A stretch of DNA of 63,547 bases, filler included, from Klebsormidium nitens (Eukaryota; Plantae; Klebsormidiophyceae): NCBI GenBank assembly GCA_000708835.1. It is 7 parts of 7 records of this genome, joined end to end, with 100 filler letters (N's around TTAATTAATTAA, not from the genome) between each part and the next. Parts side by side here need not be neighbours in the genome. Positions count along the whole stretch, not along the records: positions 1 to 26,203 come from DF237829.1; 6 more parts are not named here. One strand, written 5' to 3'. The notes beneath the pieces were generated by a model that was not told where the DNA came from, did not search any database, and worked only from the letters and a program-made list of their open reading frames with translations. Shown piece by piece: positions 11,636 to 24,400 of this stretch. How positions within the stretch are numbered: the stretch's first letter is position 1; each line of letters opens with the position of its first letter. The position numbers were made by a program, and so were the translations under genes.

Positions 11636-14600
11636 TTAGGTCTGTGGGGAAGTCGTTTCGGCATCTCGCTCTTCAGGAAGGCCAAAAACCTTCCCCAAAC
11701 TAGCACGCAAGTGCTTTTGGTCGAGAGGCCTGCAGGATCGTCCGGAGTAAGGAACTGAGGCAGGCGTAGAGTTCACGAACGTAAGAACAATCATAGGAAG
11801 AGCAACGATTCGTAAAAGACGTTTCAATAAACTGGTTAGGACCCGCTTCAAAGGAACGGCAGCCAGTCAAGGAAGCTTGAATGTCTCGTCAATGGCTGCT
11901 CGAATGCGACGATCTTCAAACAGTCTTCACCAATGCAGCTTGGCCCTCCAAGTCCACGGCTTCGACGCAACAAGCTCCTCAAACCCTTCCTGAGCACTTA
12001 CTTGGGAAGGTAGTCCGTCATCCCGGCCTCCATGCACCGCTCGCGCGTGCCCTTCATCACGTCCGCTGTCACCGCACACACGGGTATCCGCCCGTACTGA
12101 CAACTCCCGCTGCACCCGACTCTCTCTGTGCCCACTACGCCCAACCCCTCGGGAGTAATCTCCTCAATCTCCCCCGACGCCGTTTCACCCTGGCTCCGTT
12201 TTCTCCTCCGCACGCTGCTCGGCCCTGCGCCGCCCAGCTCCGTTTGGCACTTGCAGTACTGGCGCTCCTTCTCCCGGATGATCCGCGTGGTTTCGTAGCC
12301 CGAGAGGAGCGGCATCTGGACGTCCATAAAGATAATGTCGATGGCCTCGCCCTCGCCGTCGCGCCAGTGCTTCTCCAAATACTCGATCGCCTCCTGCCCG
12401 CTGCTCAGAGAGAGCACGGAGCACCCGTAGCGCGCCAGCATCGCACTCGCAACGCGCCTGTGAACCACGCAGGCGTTGAAAAGGTTGCGTGATTGCGTTC
12501 CCTCGGTTTGGGTGACTGTTTTCGGGATCGGACCCGTGCAAATGTAGCATTTCTGAAAGCTGCCGGTCACAAAAGCAAGGTGCGACCACTCGTAAAACCA
12601 TCGAACGTGAGGACAGTACTCTAAATCACTTGCATCGCATTTGCAGGTCTTTCTTCCAATAGCACGTAGGATTCCCTTTATGGACATCTGCCTCGAGCGT
12701 GTCTTCAAGAATGGGCCAGGAACGCGGATTTCCAGGCGACCCCAGCCCCCAGTGGCACTCACCTGTTGATCAGCGTATCGTCGACGACCATGACCTTCTT
12801 TCCGCGCAGCCACTTCTCCAGCTGCACCTTGCTCCGCCCCGCGCTGTCTGCACGCTGATTGGCCGCCATCCCGAGCGCCTGCCGCACTGCCGCCTGCACC
12901 GATTGCCACCGCAGTGGCGCTACCACCGCCCCCGCAAACCCGCGCGCTTTGAGCGCCGCCTCTAGTTTCTCGCCCTCCGCGACCACCGCAAGCAACAGCA
13001 GCCCGCGCAGCTCCGGGCTGCCTTTCACTCCGTCCGCCAAAGCCAGCGCCTCCGGTGGGAGCGCCACGTGTCGCTCGCTCGAGCCCGGCGCCTCGTCCCC
13101 TGCGCTCGCGCGCCGCCGGGCTCGAGCCGCTGCACCGAGCGAGTCTGCCGACGCGCGGCGCTCGCCCGCCGAGTTGCGGGACATGCGCACGGGGGTGAGG
13201 TCGATGTCGCGCCTCGTGCGTGACCGTAGCCGTGTGACGATGGAGTCGTCCGGCTGGCGCGTTGCGATGCTGGGAACCGCCGCCTCGGGGTTCAAAGCGT
13301 CCTCGGTGGAGGTGCGGACGTCCGGTGCTAGGGCTGCGGGCGCGCAAAGGAAGAGCAGGCGGAAGGGCTGCCCCGCGTGGGCTGCGGCCTTGGCCGCCTG
13401 GAAAGACAAGCGAGGGTGAGTCAAGAACACGGCGGTTGAAGGGTTTGCTACCACACTTGAAAAGGGACGACGATCCGCTGATGAGTCTACTTGCAATAGC
13501 GCAGTATGCTCAACCCTTCGAAAGTCTGTGGACTGGTTGACTAAAATTGCCGAAACTTTGGACTTGGTGCGAGAGAGGGATCTTAATAATCAGTCACTTG
13601 CACGAGTTCAAAGCTCGCTTCGTTGCACACGGCCTTCATCCAACGCAACGAGGGAGCCGTGTTCAGGTGCCGGGCTCACCTGCAGTGCCGCCTCGGCGCT
13701 CTTCTCGACGTGAGCCAGCATACCCAACCGGATCACGCAGCTGCACACGATCTCTGCGTACACTGGGTTGGGGTCCACGACCAGCACCTGGCAAGCACAA
13801 AAGATTCAATACTTCAATTCATCGCTTGCAAAGCCTTGAAGGTATAGACCTCTCGGGCACGCACCTTCTCCGCAATGGTCGCATGCGCCCCTTGCCAGCT
13901 GTGTGCATCACGTGGCGTTCGATTTATTCTCCAGCAAAGCACGAATCTTTGCTGGAGGCTGGTCCTGGCAGGAGAAGTGGCACAGCAAAAGAGGGATATT
14001 CAACAGGTGGCAGGTGATCTTTCCATGCCTCGAGACGCGGACTCTGTATGTCGGCCTCACCCGCAGGCCTTCTAGGTTGCGGCGCAGTTCCCCTGCGCGG
14101 CTGTTGGGGCTGAGCGCAGCGCGGTCCTTGGCCCCCGGCATCTTGAGCTGCACGTCGAACTGGAACACGGTGCCGTGCCCGTACCGGCTCCACGCGCGGA
14201 TGCTGCCGCCCATCAGCCGCACCAGCTTCTCCGAGATGCTCAGCCCTGCACGCGGATGCCGGATGGATTGCAGAGAACCCCAAATGGTCGCAATCTCTGC
14301 GCTTTGTTTCGTCGAGACGTACTAGGCTCTAACGTACAGCGCTTTGTAGATTGGCTGTGCATATTTCTCAATTTTCTGTACCTATATCCCGGTAACTTCG
14401 TGGAGACCAAAGCAAGGAAAGCATTTTTTTAAAGATCTGCCCTCAAAGATTGAGCAGGTTCGACAACCTGATGAAAATTGAAGGCCGAATGATGTTGATC
14501 AGAAAACCCGCGGGAAGTCGAAGAACAACCCTTCTGATCGATATGTGCCAGTGTCAACCAAGCACACAAGCAACGCCAGCCTGATAAGGGACTCAGCTGC

Positions 14601-17600
14601 TCGGAGTCTGCTCGGAAACCACATCAAGATGATGAAACGCTTACCGATGCCCGTTCCCCCATATTCTCGGCTGGTGCTGCTGTCAGCCTGGAATATACAC
14701 GTCGAAAAGGGTCAGCGCCATGAAGGTGCCCTCAGCTGAGCCTCTGAACTTTACTCCTGTATGACAGACCCATCAGTTCGATAACAGCGCAATAATGGTC
14801 GTAAAGAAGTGCCCAACGCATCAACGACTAGTGACTCTACGGCCTGGCATGTTGAAGGCTGATCTGATGAGTGGTACTTGTATTCCGCTAGGAAGTTGGT
14901 CCTCCAGTGATTGAGGAGGTGACCCAAAAGTACCCTGCCAGTCAAGAGTTTCGAAACGGTTCTCGAGCAGCTTGCAGATTATCCATCATTTCACTCACAC
15001 AAAGCATGAAGACTCCTACAAGGGCAACAGGCCCAAACCCGTCCAGCAGTGGCCCCTACCTGCAGGAAGGGCTTGAAGAGGCGTGGCTGCACGTGCGGTG
15101 CAATCCCGACCCCCGTATCCTCGCAGGACACTACCAGGCGCACACGCCCCGTCTGCTCCGCCACCTCGAGCGCGCGCCGGCCCACCTCCTTGTACGTTGT
15201 GATCGCCGCTGCAGAGTTGAGGCGCGACTCAGGGCGCAGGCTGAGCATGGGGTAGTCGAGCGCCACGGTCTGCGCATCGCGGTCGAGCACCTGCGACGGG
15301 GTGCGGTCCAGCCACTGCACGGGGGGCTTCTGAAAGCTGCGCCGGCGCACCCCCGCCGCGTGCGGGGGGTCGTCCTTGAGAGCCTGGGGCAGGGCCAGGT
15401 TGATGCACAAGAAAACGCTGCCGTGCTTGGTGAACTGCGGAGGTAGGAAGCGGGGGGTCAGCGCGAGGTCAGCAAGGAGAAGACAGAACCGCAGGAAGGC
15501 CTTGAGGCAGCCACCGCACAGAACCAACTAAGCAGCCGAGACAGACAAGGAAAGAAGGAGATCTCGCTTAGACAGCATGATCTGAAAGCAGCGAGGGACG
15601 GAAAGGCAAAGCCAATATGCGGCGCGGCTGACCTTGATGGCGTTGCCGACGAGGTTGATGAGGACCTGGCGCAGGCGGTTGGGGTCGCCGACGAGGAGGT
15701 CCGGCACGGCGTCGCCCACGAGGCCGGCCAGGTGCAGCTGCTTGAGGCGCGCCTTGTCCGCAAACAGGCTCAGCACGTCGTCCACCTCGCCGCGCGGGTC
15801 GAAGCACACCGCCTCGATGTCCATGTGGCCCGCCTCGATCTGGAGCACGATACAAGGCGGCGACTTTAGACAGCGCGCCGACCAGGTCGACATGAGCTCC
15901 AAATCTCCGGCAGAGATGCGGCATAACTTGATCATCAATGGATTTTTTGATTAAATTGGCTTGGAACATGCGCGGACCACCGATTCGAGCAGACAAGTCG
16001 GCCGTTTCAGAATGCACATTTCATTAGCTCACTGCTTGTCGGCCTAATCCAAAGGAGTGATAACGAAATTGCCAGTCCAAGACAAATATTGGTGACACCC
16101 TACTGTCTACTTCGAATAGAATAATTGTAACCGCCAGAAGCTCCTGGTATCATAGCCCGAGACTCTAGGGGATTGCCCAAGGTCAAGAGACAGAGTCACA
16201 ACCTACCCAAAGCTTTCAGGAGGCATTGCCCTATCAAGCCTGTCTTCTTTCCGTCCCGCCTTGCGGTAATTCAAAAGCTTCAACAAGTGCGAGGGCCGTA
16301 CCTTGGACAGGTCCAGTACGTCTGAGACCAGCTCAACAAGCGCCCTTCCAGACGCCTGCGCCGTTCGGACGTAGTCCAGCTGCGTTGCGTCCTGCAGCAG
16401 CACGCAGCCATTGAAGCAAAGACTACTCTTCGTTTATCCGTTCGTTTATCCACTCGTTTATCCATTCGTTGTCCATCCGTTTATCGCAAGTTCAGAAGGA
16501 TGCTGGGTGAACATATCAGGCGAATGCGACTGATTGGTTCTTCCCCAACTTTCCGACTGATGAAGTGCATCTATCCTCGCTTTTCGCAGAACCGGAGGAC
16601 TCACGACCATTCTCGTAATCACGTCGTAGAGCAGAAGCGACTGGGTTTACGTGGTGAGCAAATCACTCACCAGGTTTGTTTCCATCAGAAGGGACGTCAT
16701 GCCGATCATGCCTGGGAATGACGGACACCGACGACGTCAGCATGCGGGCAAACATACCGAAAAAGCGTCAAATTACGACATTCGGCCCAATTTGCATTAT
16801 ACCGATTTCCAACCCTTGGCAGAAGGGCTGAGCTTTGAATCATGCAATTGAGAAACACGAGCAGACACCAGCAACAACAGGCACCAATTCCGAATTGCGA
16901 GTACTGCAGAAACAGTAGCGATACCCGTTAAGGAGGAGAATGGGGAAGCTCACCGTTCATCGGGGTACGAATCTCGTGAGACACGCTGGCGATGAAACTG
17001 CTCTTGGCCCTGCGAGTGGAGGGACAGGTCCCCGTCATACTCGAAACCGGTTTGCTGTGCAATTTCGAGCCGTTGACGCAGACCTTAAGCATGACCCTGC
17101 GCCCTCAACACCCTTCTCTACGTTTTGATCACATAGTACAGCCGTTGGTGGCAAGCCTTGCTTGACCCGCTCTCACAAAAGAAACTGGAAGGCGAATGCC
17201 CATCAGGGCAGCGGGGTCCTCAGCACGAATACTCATGCACGGTTTCAGACTTTAGAAACCTTAATGATTTACTAGAAAAGGTGATCACGAACAAGGGTCC
17301 AAAAGCAAGGTCCGAGTTGTAAGCACTGATCATCCGCTAGTGGGCTCACTGTCTAAACCGTCGTAGCTGGCTCCTCCTTCTCAAGCCCGTTTGAACTAGG
17401 CCCCGAGCCGCAGACTCGTCGGTGCGCATCGTGCTTACCTATCGGCCGCCTCGGCGGCGATCTTGGCGAGGCGCATCTCCTCAACATGCAGCTCGACGGC
17501 CTGCATCCGCTTCATGACCAGCCCGAAGATGACCCCCACCAGCAGCACGATGATCACGATCAGGCCCGCCCACCCCAGCGCGCCCTGGACGTTGTGCCCG

Positions 17601-19979
17601 CGGCTCCCCGACATGTCCTTGCACCGCAGCTCGTACTGCCGAAACCCGCGCTCGAACGACACCACGAACTCGTACTGCGTGGTGCGTGCGGCGGCGTCGT
17701 CCGGGATCTCTCCGCCGTCCAGGCTGGTGAAGATGATGCCCTGCTCCGCGCGGACGTCGGGCGTGACGTCGTAGCCGTGCACTAGGATTGCGGCGTTGTT
17801 GCCGAACTTCTGGAGAGCCTCAGCGAAGAGCTGCTTGAAACTGTAGACCTGGGAGGCAGGAGGAGTGGGGTCAGCAAGCCGTTTGGAGAGGCGTCCAAAC
17901 TGGAAAATGATCCGAGGGTTTCAAGTCTGTGGCAAAGAAAGAACGAAACAAGATCGACAATGCAAGAGGCCCAAGAGTGAGGGCACTGTATCAGGCTGCC
18001 TTTGGGCTTGGCTTGCCCGAAGTGTTCCCCTGGGAGTCGAAAAGTTCCAGAAACCTTTCTGGGATTTGTCTTCCTTCAGGCCCATCCCCCTCAACTTGTG
18101 AAGATGGCAGTGGACATGCAAAAGGCTCATGGAACAGCCCAGCAAGTCCAGCAATGCACTCAAGGTCGTGGCTTGATCTAACGACTTGCCGGGTCGGGTG
18201 TGGAAAGCCCAAGCGGCCACTGAAGCACTTCAGACAACACATCAACCGGAAGCGCACATTTAGGATCAGACGGACCGTTCCAAGCTGAGGCCACGTCAAA
18301 ATGAATCATTGTCTAAGAATTACCCTTGGTTCCAACCTGCGCCCAAGCACTTCACAAGATACAAAGTGAGGACCATGCACTCACTGAACCCACATAGCCC
18401 CGGCAGGCCGCCCTGCGCTCTTCCACTGTTGCGTTTTGTATGTCTATGCCATTCGTATAGACTGCGCGCCAAGCCACGAATTTGGCCCAGCCGCGGGCCC
18501 TACTGGGGGCGCTAAAGACCATCTCGTTGGTGTCGCGCGTCGTTTCAATGGCCACCTTGTGCATCGGCAAGGACGAGAAGTCGAAGTAGATGTACTCCCG
18601 CGAAATCATAGGGTCGAAGCACAAGACAGCGTACTCGCTCGCGCTGCACGCAAGAAGGACACCAGACAGCCTCACTGAGTTCACGCACGTTATGCCCAGA
18701 GAGGTGACCAGTGCAATCATTTGAAGGTCTCCTTCAATCTAATTGAATACCGTGGAAATGCATCAACAAAGCCTGACGTTTCTGGCAGTCCGCATCATGA
18801 GACTGAAACACTGACAAGTCTCTTCTTCCAAGGCTTGATAAGGAAAGAACCGCCTTTCTGGTCGGATATCAGGACTTTCGACCGAGGCTCATGTTGTGGG
18901 GCTTGCACCCTGAGACGCACTTTTTGGCTGGCATGTAGCGGTTCAGGTCGGGGGCAAACATCTGGAAGTCGTGCCCAATCCTTTCCTCCACTGCTTTCCG
19001 CTGTGCGTGCAGGACTCTCTCCAGAAAAATCTGCACGGCGCGAGTTTACAAGGTGAAACACAGATGCCAGGGGCTGTGGCATCCTGCAGGCCAGCGGCTC
19101 AGTATAGGCTCAACCGTTAGCTGGTTGATACTTCAAAAAGATTTATTATTAAAGCAGAGTCTTTTCAAGGAGCCATATTCTTTGACCCAAGAAGAGTTTG
19201 CCGCAGTGTTGGCTTGTTTGTATGAGATGCAAGACAGTGGAGGTTCTTTCAAAGGGACTTTGTGCACTCAAGCAGTGCAGGCCCGTGACTCACCACTGCG
19301 TACGTCTGAGGCCGCGTCCAATTTGTGTGCCGGACATATGTGTGGAACGTTTCTTCATTGAAGGTCGGGAGTGTCTGGACAAACCCATGGAAGGCGCCAG
19401 TTGAGTACAGGCTAGCCTGGATCTCCCCTTCCAGCACCTGCAGGAGATCCGCTGGAATTGATTCAAGTTCAACAATAAAAAGACAGCGCACAGTTGTCTG
19501 CGTGCACAGAGCCCTGAGAGAGCCCTGCGAATGTCTATAGTCATAGCAGGATTCTACATTGACAGTTTCATAGCATTCTCGTCTGACTAACATGTTCTCA
19601 GCCATGATCACCGCCAAAGATGGAAGTATGTCAGTCAAAGTCAAACCGCCATCCTCGAGAACAAGAGTGCGCACGTCTGAATCTGCTGCAGTGGCACCTT
19701 GCGTGAATGTCCTGCTTGATTGCGAGGGCCAAGGCAGCCTGGACTTACCTGCGCCCTGTTGGTGCATTCTTGGTGAAACCACTGCAGCCTGCCTGCCTCT
19801 GCTCGCCGGTAGAGCTGCCAGCCAATCACAGCAGCCATGATGAGGCCACAGGTAATCCATGCTTTCAATATGCCTGCCCAGTGCTTGCTCAGCGTGCTGG
19901 TGTAGGGACTGCTCTCACTGCCCTGACCATAGGCAGAGCTCTCCCCAATTGGTTGGAGTATAACATCGTCTGACTGCAT
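11636..19979 (-). CDS. CHK: CHASE-domain hybrid histidine kinase (AHK2/3/4-CRE1-like; TM-CHASE-TM-HisKA-HATPase-pseudoREC-REC), 16 exons
   Basis: Exons: 19979-19749, 19437-19294, 19030-18921, 18643-18385, 17848-17439, 17009-16954, 16711-16671, 16391-16302, 15839-15633, 15434-15060, 14687-14645, 14245-14061, 13787-13680, 13397-12763, 12457-12002, 11729-11636, all phase-compatible. Motifs: H-box SVSHEIRTPMNG, N-box RQVLINLVGNAIKFT, G1 EDTGVGI, F/G2 FLQADSSTSREYGGTGIGLSIS, receiver VVDD...IFMDVQMP...KP, and CHASE FNEETF...RP...ERVLH...EYA...NATVEER. The start codon is tentative. Confidence 0.93.
16429..16485. repeat. Intronic minisatellite, about 5 copies of a 12-bp unit (TCGTTTATCCAY-like)
   Basis: The sequence cgtttatccgtt cgtttatccact cgtttatccatt cgttgtccatc cgtttatc is visible in a CHK intron. 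Confidence 0.8.
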
Positions 19980-20533
19980 CTTGCTCAATCACTCAGAGGC
20001 CTGAGCAAAGCGTTGACAAGTGCAAGACAACATATCACATTGACATTGTGCACTCAGATGAAGGCTTGCGTCTCTGAACGCTCAAATCCCAAGGTCTTCC
20101 ATTGTAATCCTAAGAAGGTGAGCTCAGCTTAGCAGCTACCAATGAGCTGCCACATAGTACAAGCTAGCACAATATTTTGTGAACCTTGATCATAGGTATT
20201 ACTTGTACAAGTGGTGCGCTGCTCGAATTTCACTGAAAACCCCACACAAGCTTTGAAAAATGTGAACTCTTCTTTTGGCCATGCCTAGCTGATCCCCAAC
20301 AAATACTGAGCACTCCGTCGAAGACTTCACGAATCACGCAATCTCTTCCTCAAGCGTAAGAAGCTCCAGGCTGCAGACTTCAATGCGCCCCTGGATTCGT
20401 CCTTCAGCAGAGGGTTCACCTGAGCTCGCCCATTTGCTAGTGCAAATTGCGAATGCAATGCACCCATTCTCCATTGGCATTGCACAGGCAGAATTTCAAA
20501 CACAATCTGCCGAGGATTCTTTACGTTAGACTT

Positions 20534-20558
20534 GACACGTGGCAGGGGTTTGCCACGT
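20534..20558. promoter_or_regulatory. Inverted pair of ABRE/G-box motifs in the CHK-DENND6 divergent intergenic region
   Basis: GACACGTGGCA-GGGGTT-TGCCACGT contains ACGTGGC twice in opposite orientations. Sequence match only. Confidence 0.35.
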
Positions 20559-21439
20559 CTGCAGTGTGCAGTCTCAAGTTGACTTTGAGTTGGTTAACAC
20601 AACCAGTTCACGGAATCCCGGACCACCGGCTCGAAGACCCGGTTTTGATTTGCTAACCACCTAAATTAGGGCGTCTCCTTTCAACTTCAAGGAATTCCCT
20701 CGTCTTCACATTTCACTGGTCTTCACGTCTTCACACAGAATTTACCTAGAAAGCCTGGGAAGAGCTGGATTTAGGAAACATTGTTTCAGCTTACTGGTTG
20801 GGTTCCCAAAGGACAGGACTCCATTTGACGCGCTTGCGAAGCCGCAGCGATTGCTGGTCAGGTTTTTTAGGGCAAGTACTCTACTTTGCGGGCAATATGC
20901 ACCGCTGTCATAGTCCTGATCAGCGGCATTGAGGGCTTCAGGAACTGTCCTTCGGTTGAGTCCTTTGGTTGAGTCTTTCATCACTTTTGGAATTGATTGT
21001 GATGGAATAAGGTAACACATTCTGCATCATTGCGGCTCTCAGCGTCCTTGCTTGGGGTCTACCTATGTGCAGGTTCATGAAATGCAGACCAGTGCACCTT
21101 AGACTTGCACTTTGTTGCCTTTGTTTGCGGAGTGGTCGTCTAGGACGGGAGAAGAAATGGATCAAATCCGGGGATGGTTGCAAATCTCTGGTCTCACCAT
21201 GCGCTCCACCTCGCTGATGCCTTGTCCAGTGCCTTGGGGCTTGCCTTCAGCATTCATCAGGAACTTAGGCAGAACAATTCCCCCATGGTGGCGGCATTGT
21301 TAGCAACCATTGATGCATTCTCTGCCGGCTGGGCGTGCCTTAGCCTCGCGCTGCTACTCTTTGCGGAACGCAAGTCCCACAGCCTTCCTGGCCTGTGCCT
21401 CAGCTGTTGCTGCTGTTTCCCTGCAGTGCTGCAGTCGCC

Positions 21440-24400
21440 ATGCTGCGCACCAGCTCCCTGGGCACCATTCGCCCGGACCCCTCCCTGTGGGTGGATCCCC
21501 CTGGCCTGCGCCGCTGGCTGGTGGCAGTCGCGGCCTTCCGCTTTGACCTCGAGCAGGGCCAGCTGCTGGAGGCATGCTACCCCCACGGTGCCCTCAGCGC
21601 AGAGGAGGAGCTCGACATCGGCTTCTCCTGCTTCCCCGATTCCATGGCCACCGCGCACAGCCGCTCCTCCGTGCACGACTGCTTCTTCTTCTTCCGCCTG
21701 CGCCGCCGCGGCACACCCCCCCAGGTGGCCCCCGCAGAGGCGCCGCGCCGTGCTAGCACTGGCGAGTTTGACCGCCACATCAGCAGCAAGTTCACAGACG
21801 TGCAGCCGCGGTCCCCGGTTGCCATTCCTAGCCCACGCCGGGGGGGAACAGCGGAAAAGGGGACGTGGGGCTCACCCTCGAATCGACGACACCTGCAGAG
21901 GGGCGTCAGCGACCTGGGGACTTCTTCTCCTGCCGTGGGCGCTATGGGGGGCAGCGGTGACCTGGGCATGAGCCCCCGGGAGTCATTCCTCCAATCGATG
22001 CCGTCTCTCGACAGCCAACGAGCTGCTGCCGCATCACCCGGGCTGCGCCGCACCTCGTTCTCTGGGCCCCTCACCCCCACCCCTCGGCAACCCAGTGACC
22101 CTTCCAGCCCCATCTTCTTGGCCTCACCAATTGAGGAGCAGCCCACCCCTGGGCAGCACCGCCGCACTGCCACCTCAGACTTCCCCCGCTCCCCCAGCCT
22201 GGCAGCAAGTGGGGCGACACCAGGCAAAACGGGGGGTGCCGCCAGTGCGGGCCGGGTGCGGTATCTCTATGGGTTTGTGTTTAACCGGCAGCGGCAGGAC
22301 GAGCGCCTGCGGCGGGGCGGGGAGCAGAAGTCTGTGGTCCTGCTGTCGGAGCGGCCGTTCACGGGCGTCTTCCGGCCGATGGTCCAGATTGCGGGGCCGC
22401 TCTACTTTGACACCGGGGCCAAGGCTCTTGAGCAGGTTCGCAGACAAACCCTTAAGAAGAGGAGGCCCGTTGGAAGCACGCAAGGAAAGACTAGGGAGCG
22501 AAGTGTTCACAGCGAGGCCTGTGGTCGAATCTGTGCTGCTCTGCTTGATAGGAAAGGCGATCCTGGCGGGCCGCCTGAGGTCACGTTCATTGCAGCAGAC
22601 CGTTATCCGATCCTGATTCGCATGTGGCTCTCATGACACATTCTGCTCTGGCATATAGTCAATAGTCAGGCAGAGGCCAGAGCAGCCGCACTCCGCGGTT
22701 GCTGTAGGGCCTTGTCAAAACCCTTCCCGTTCTCCAACAGGTGGCAGCCATCATTTCCCAGTGGCCTCCCCCCCAGTTCGGGTCTCCTATGGACCTTCCC
22801 GTCGGCTCCGCCAAGCTCAAGGCGCACCTCCCCCCTGCCAGCGCGCTCCCCCCCGGCTGCGGCTTCTCCCCCACCGACGACGCCCAGTCCATCCCCTGCC
22901 TGGCCGGTGGCAAGCTGGTCCCCCACGGGCCGTTCCCCGAGGCCGACCTGTGGGGCCTGTTCCGCGGCGTGTTGCTGCAGCTGTGGCTCCTCTGGGAGCT
23001 CCTCCTGATCGGGGAGCCCTTGTTGCTAATCGCCCCCACCCCCGCACAGTGCTCGGAGGCTGCCGCTGCGCTGGTAAACTTGATAGCCCCTCTCCCCTAC
23101 TCCGTCGACTTTCGGCCGTACTTCACCATCCACGACCCCGACTTTCCAGCGCTCACGCAGCCGGGGGCCGCACCCAAAGCGCACCTTTTAGGGGTAACCA
23201 ACCTCTTTTTCCTGAAGGCCCTGCGCACCCTTCCCCACGTCATCTCTGTCGGCACTCCTCCCCCAACGAGGGCGCAGCTAGTGACAGGGCCCTCACCAGA
23301 AACGGGCCCCGCGGCTTCGCGTGCGAGCCCATCTCGACTACGGAACATGTCAACGGGGCTGTCGCCTTTCCGGCGACTGCTGGGGTCGGGGGGAAATTTG
23401 TTGCGGGCGGCGCGGCAGCGCGCGCAGGGCCCCATCAGTCTGATGGCGGAGCACAAGGAGTGCGTGTGGACCAACTACGTGCCCGCCACCAAGCCGGACA
23501 CCGTCATCCTCAACCGCCTGGTAAGAACCCTGCGCTCATCCGTTCTCCCTCCGGTATCCTCAGCAGTTCCTGGAGAAGCTGGTCGCTGCATCGCTTAGGC
23601 TCCTTGCTATCTTCGTCTAAAGCCGACTCCCCCTTGTACATGCCTTTTGACCGTTGAGCGTAATTGCTTTCAACGCACGCCAAAGCTTTCTTCCGCACTC
23701 CTGCGACACTCACACACTGTCCTAGGCCTTCAAAATCACCGTGTCGGCCGGTTGAACGGTTTACACCGGGTTTTAGTGTCAGTAAGCGGTGGGATAAGTC
23801 TCGTGCAATTAGCAAGACCCAAACTGCTCAGTCCCTGGCTGATTGGGATCTGTGGCTTCGACTCACCTCATGTTTGGCGTCAACCGAAGGATATCGGCAT
23901 CCTTAGGCTTCGATTCTTCTTGGAACCTAAGCAGGTGCCAAAGTGGCTTGCGTGATTGGCTAGAAGAAACAGATTGCCTGTTTTCAGCACCCGGGAAACT
24001 CCGTAGCAAACGACGTGATCCTCTCGGTACAAGGACCACGAGTTGAGCCTCAGCTCTCTTTTAGTTGGAGGTAGACCCTAACCCATAGTTGCACAATACG
24101 TCAGTTTCCGGATTATCATACGCGTATTGTTCCGTATTGGTTCAAAAAATAATGATACGGCGGAAATACGGCTTAAATGCGTCAAAAATACAAAAAACAG
24201 CGATTTTCAAGTTTTTCCTTGGAAAAATCATTATAAAAAGCCCTGAAATAGCTTGTTTGACGTGACCAGGAGTTGCACGGCCTTGCAACTACCTTAACAA
24301 GCTCAGTAACCAATAAACGCAAGTTGGTTAACCAGGAAAATGATTCAAAAAGAGGAAAAAGCCAAAAAGCATGCGACACATTTTTGGGGTATTTTAAAAG

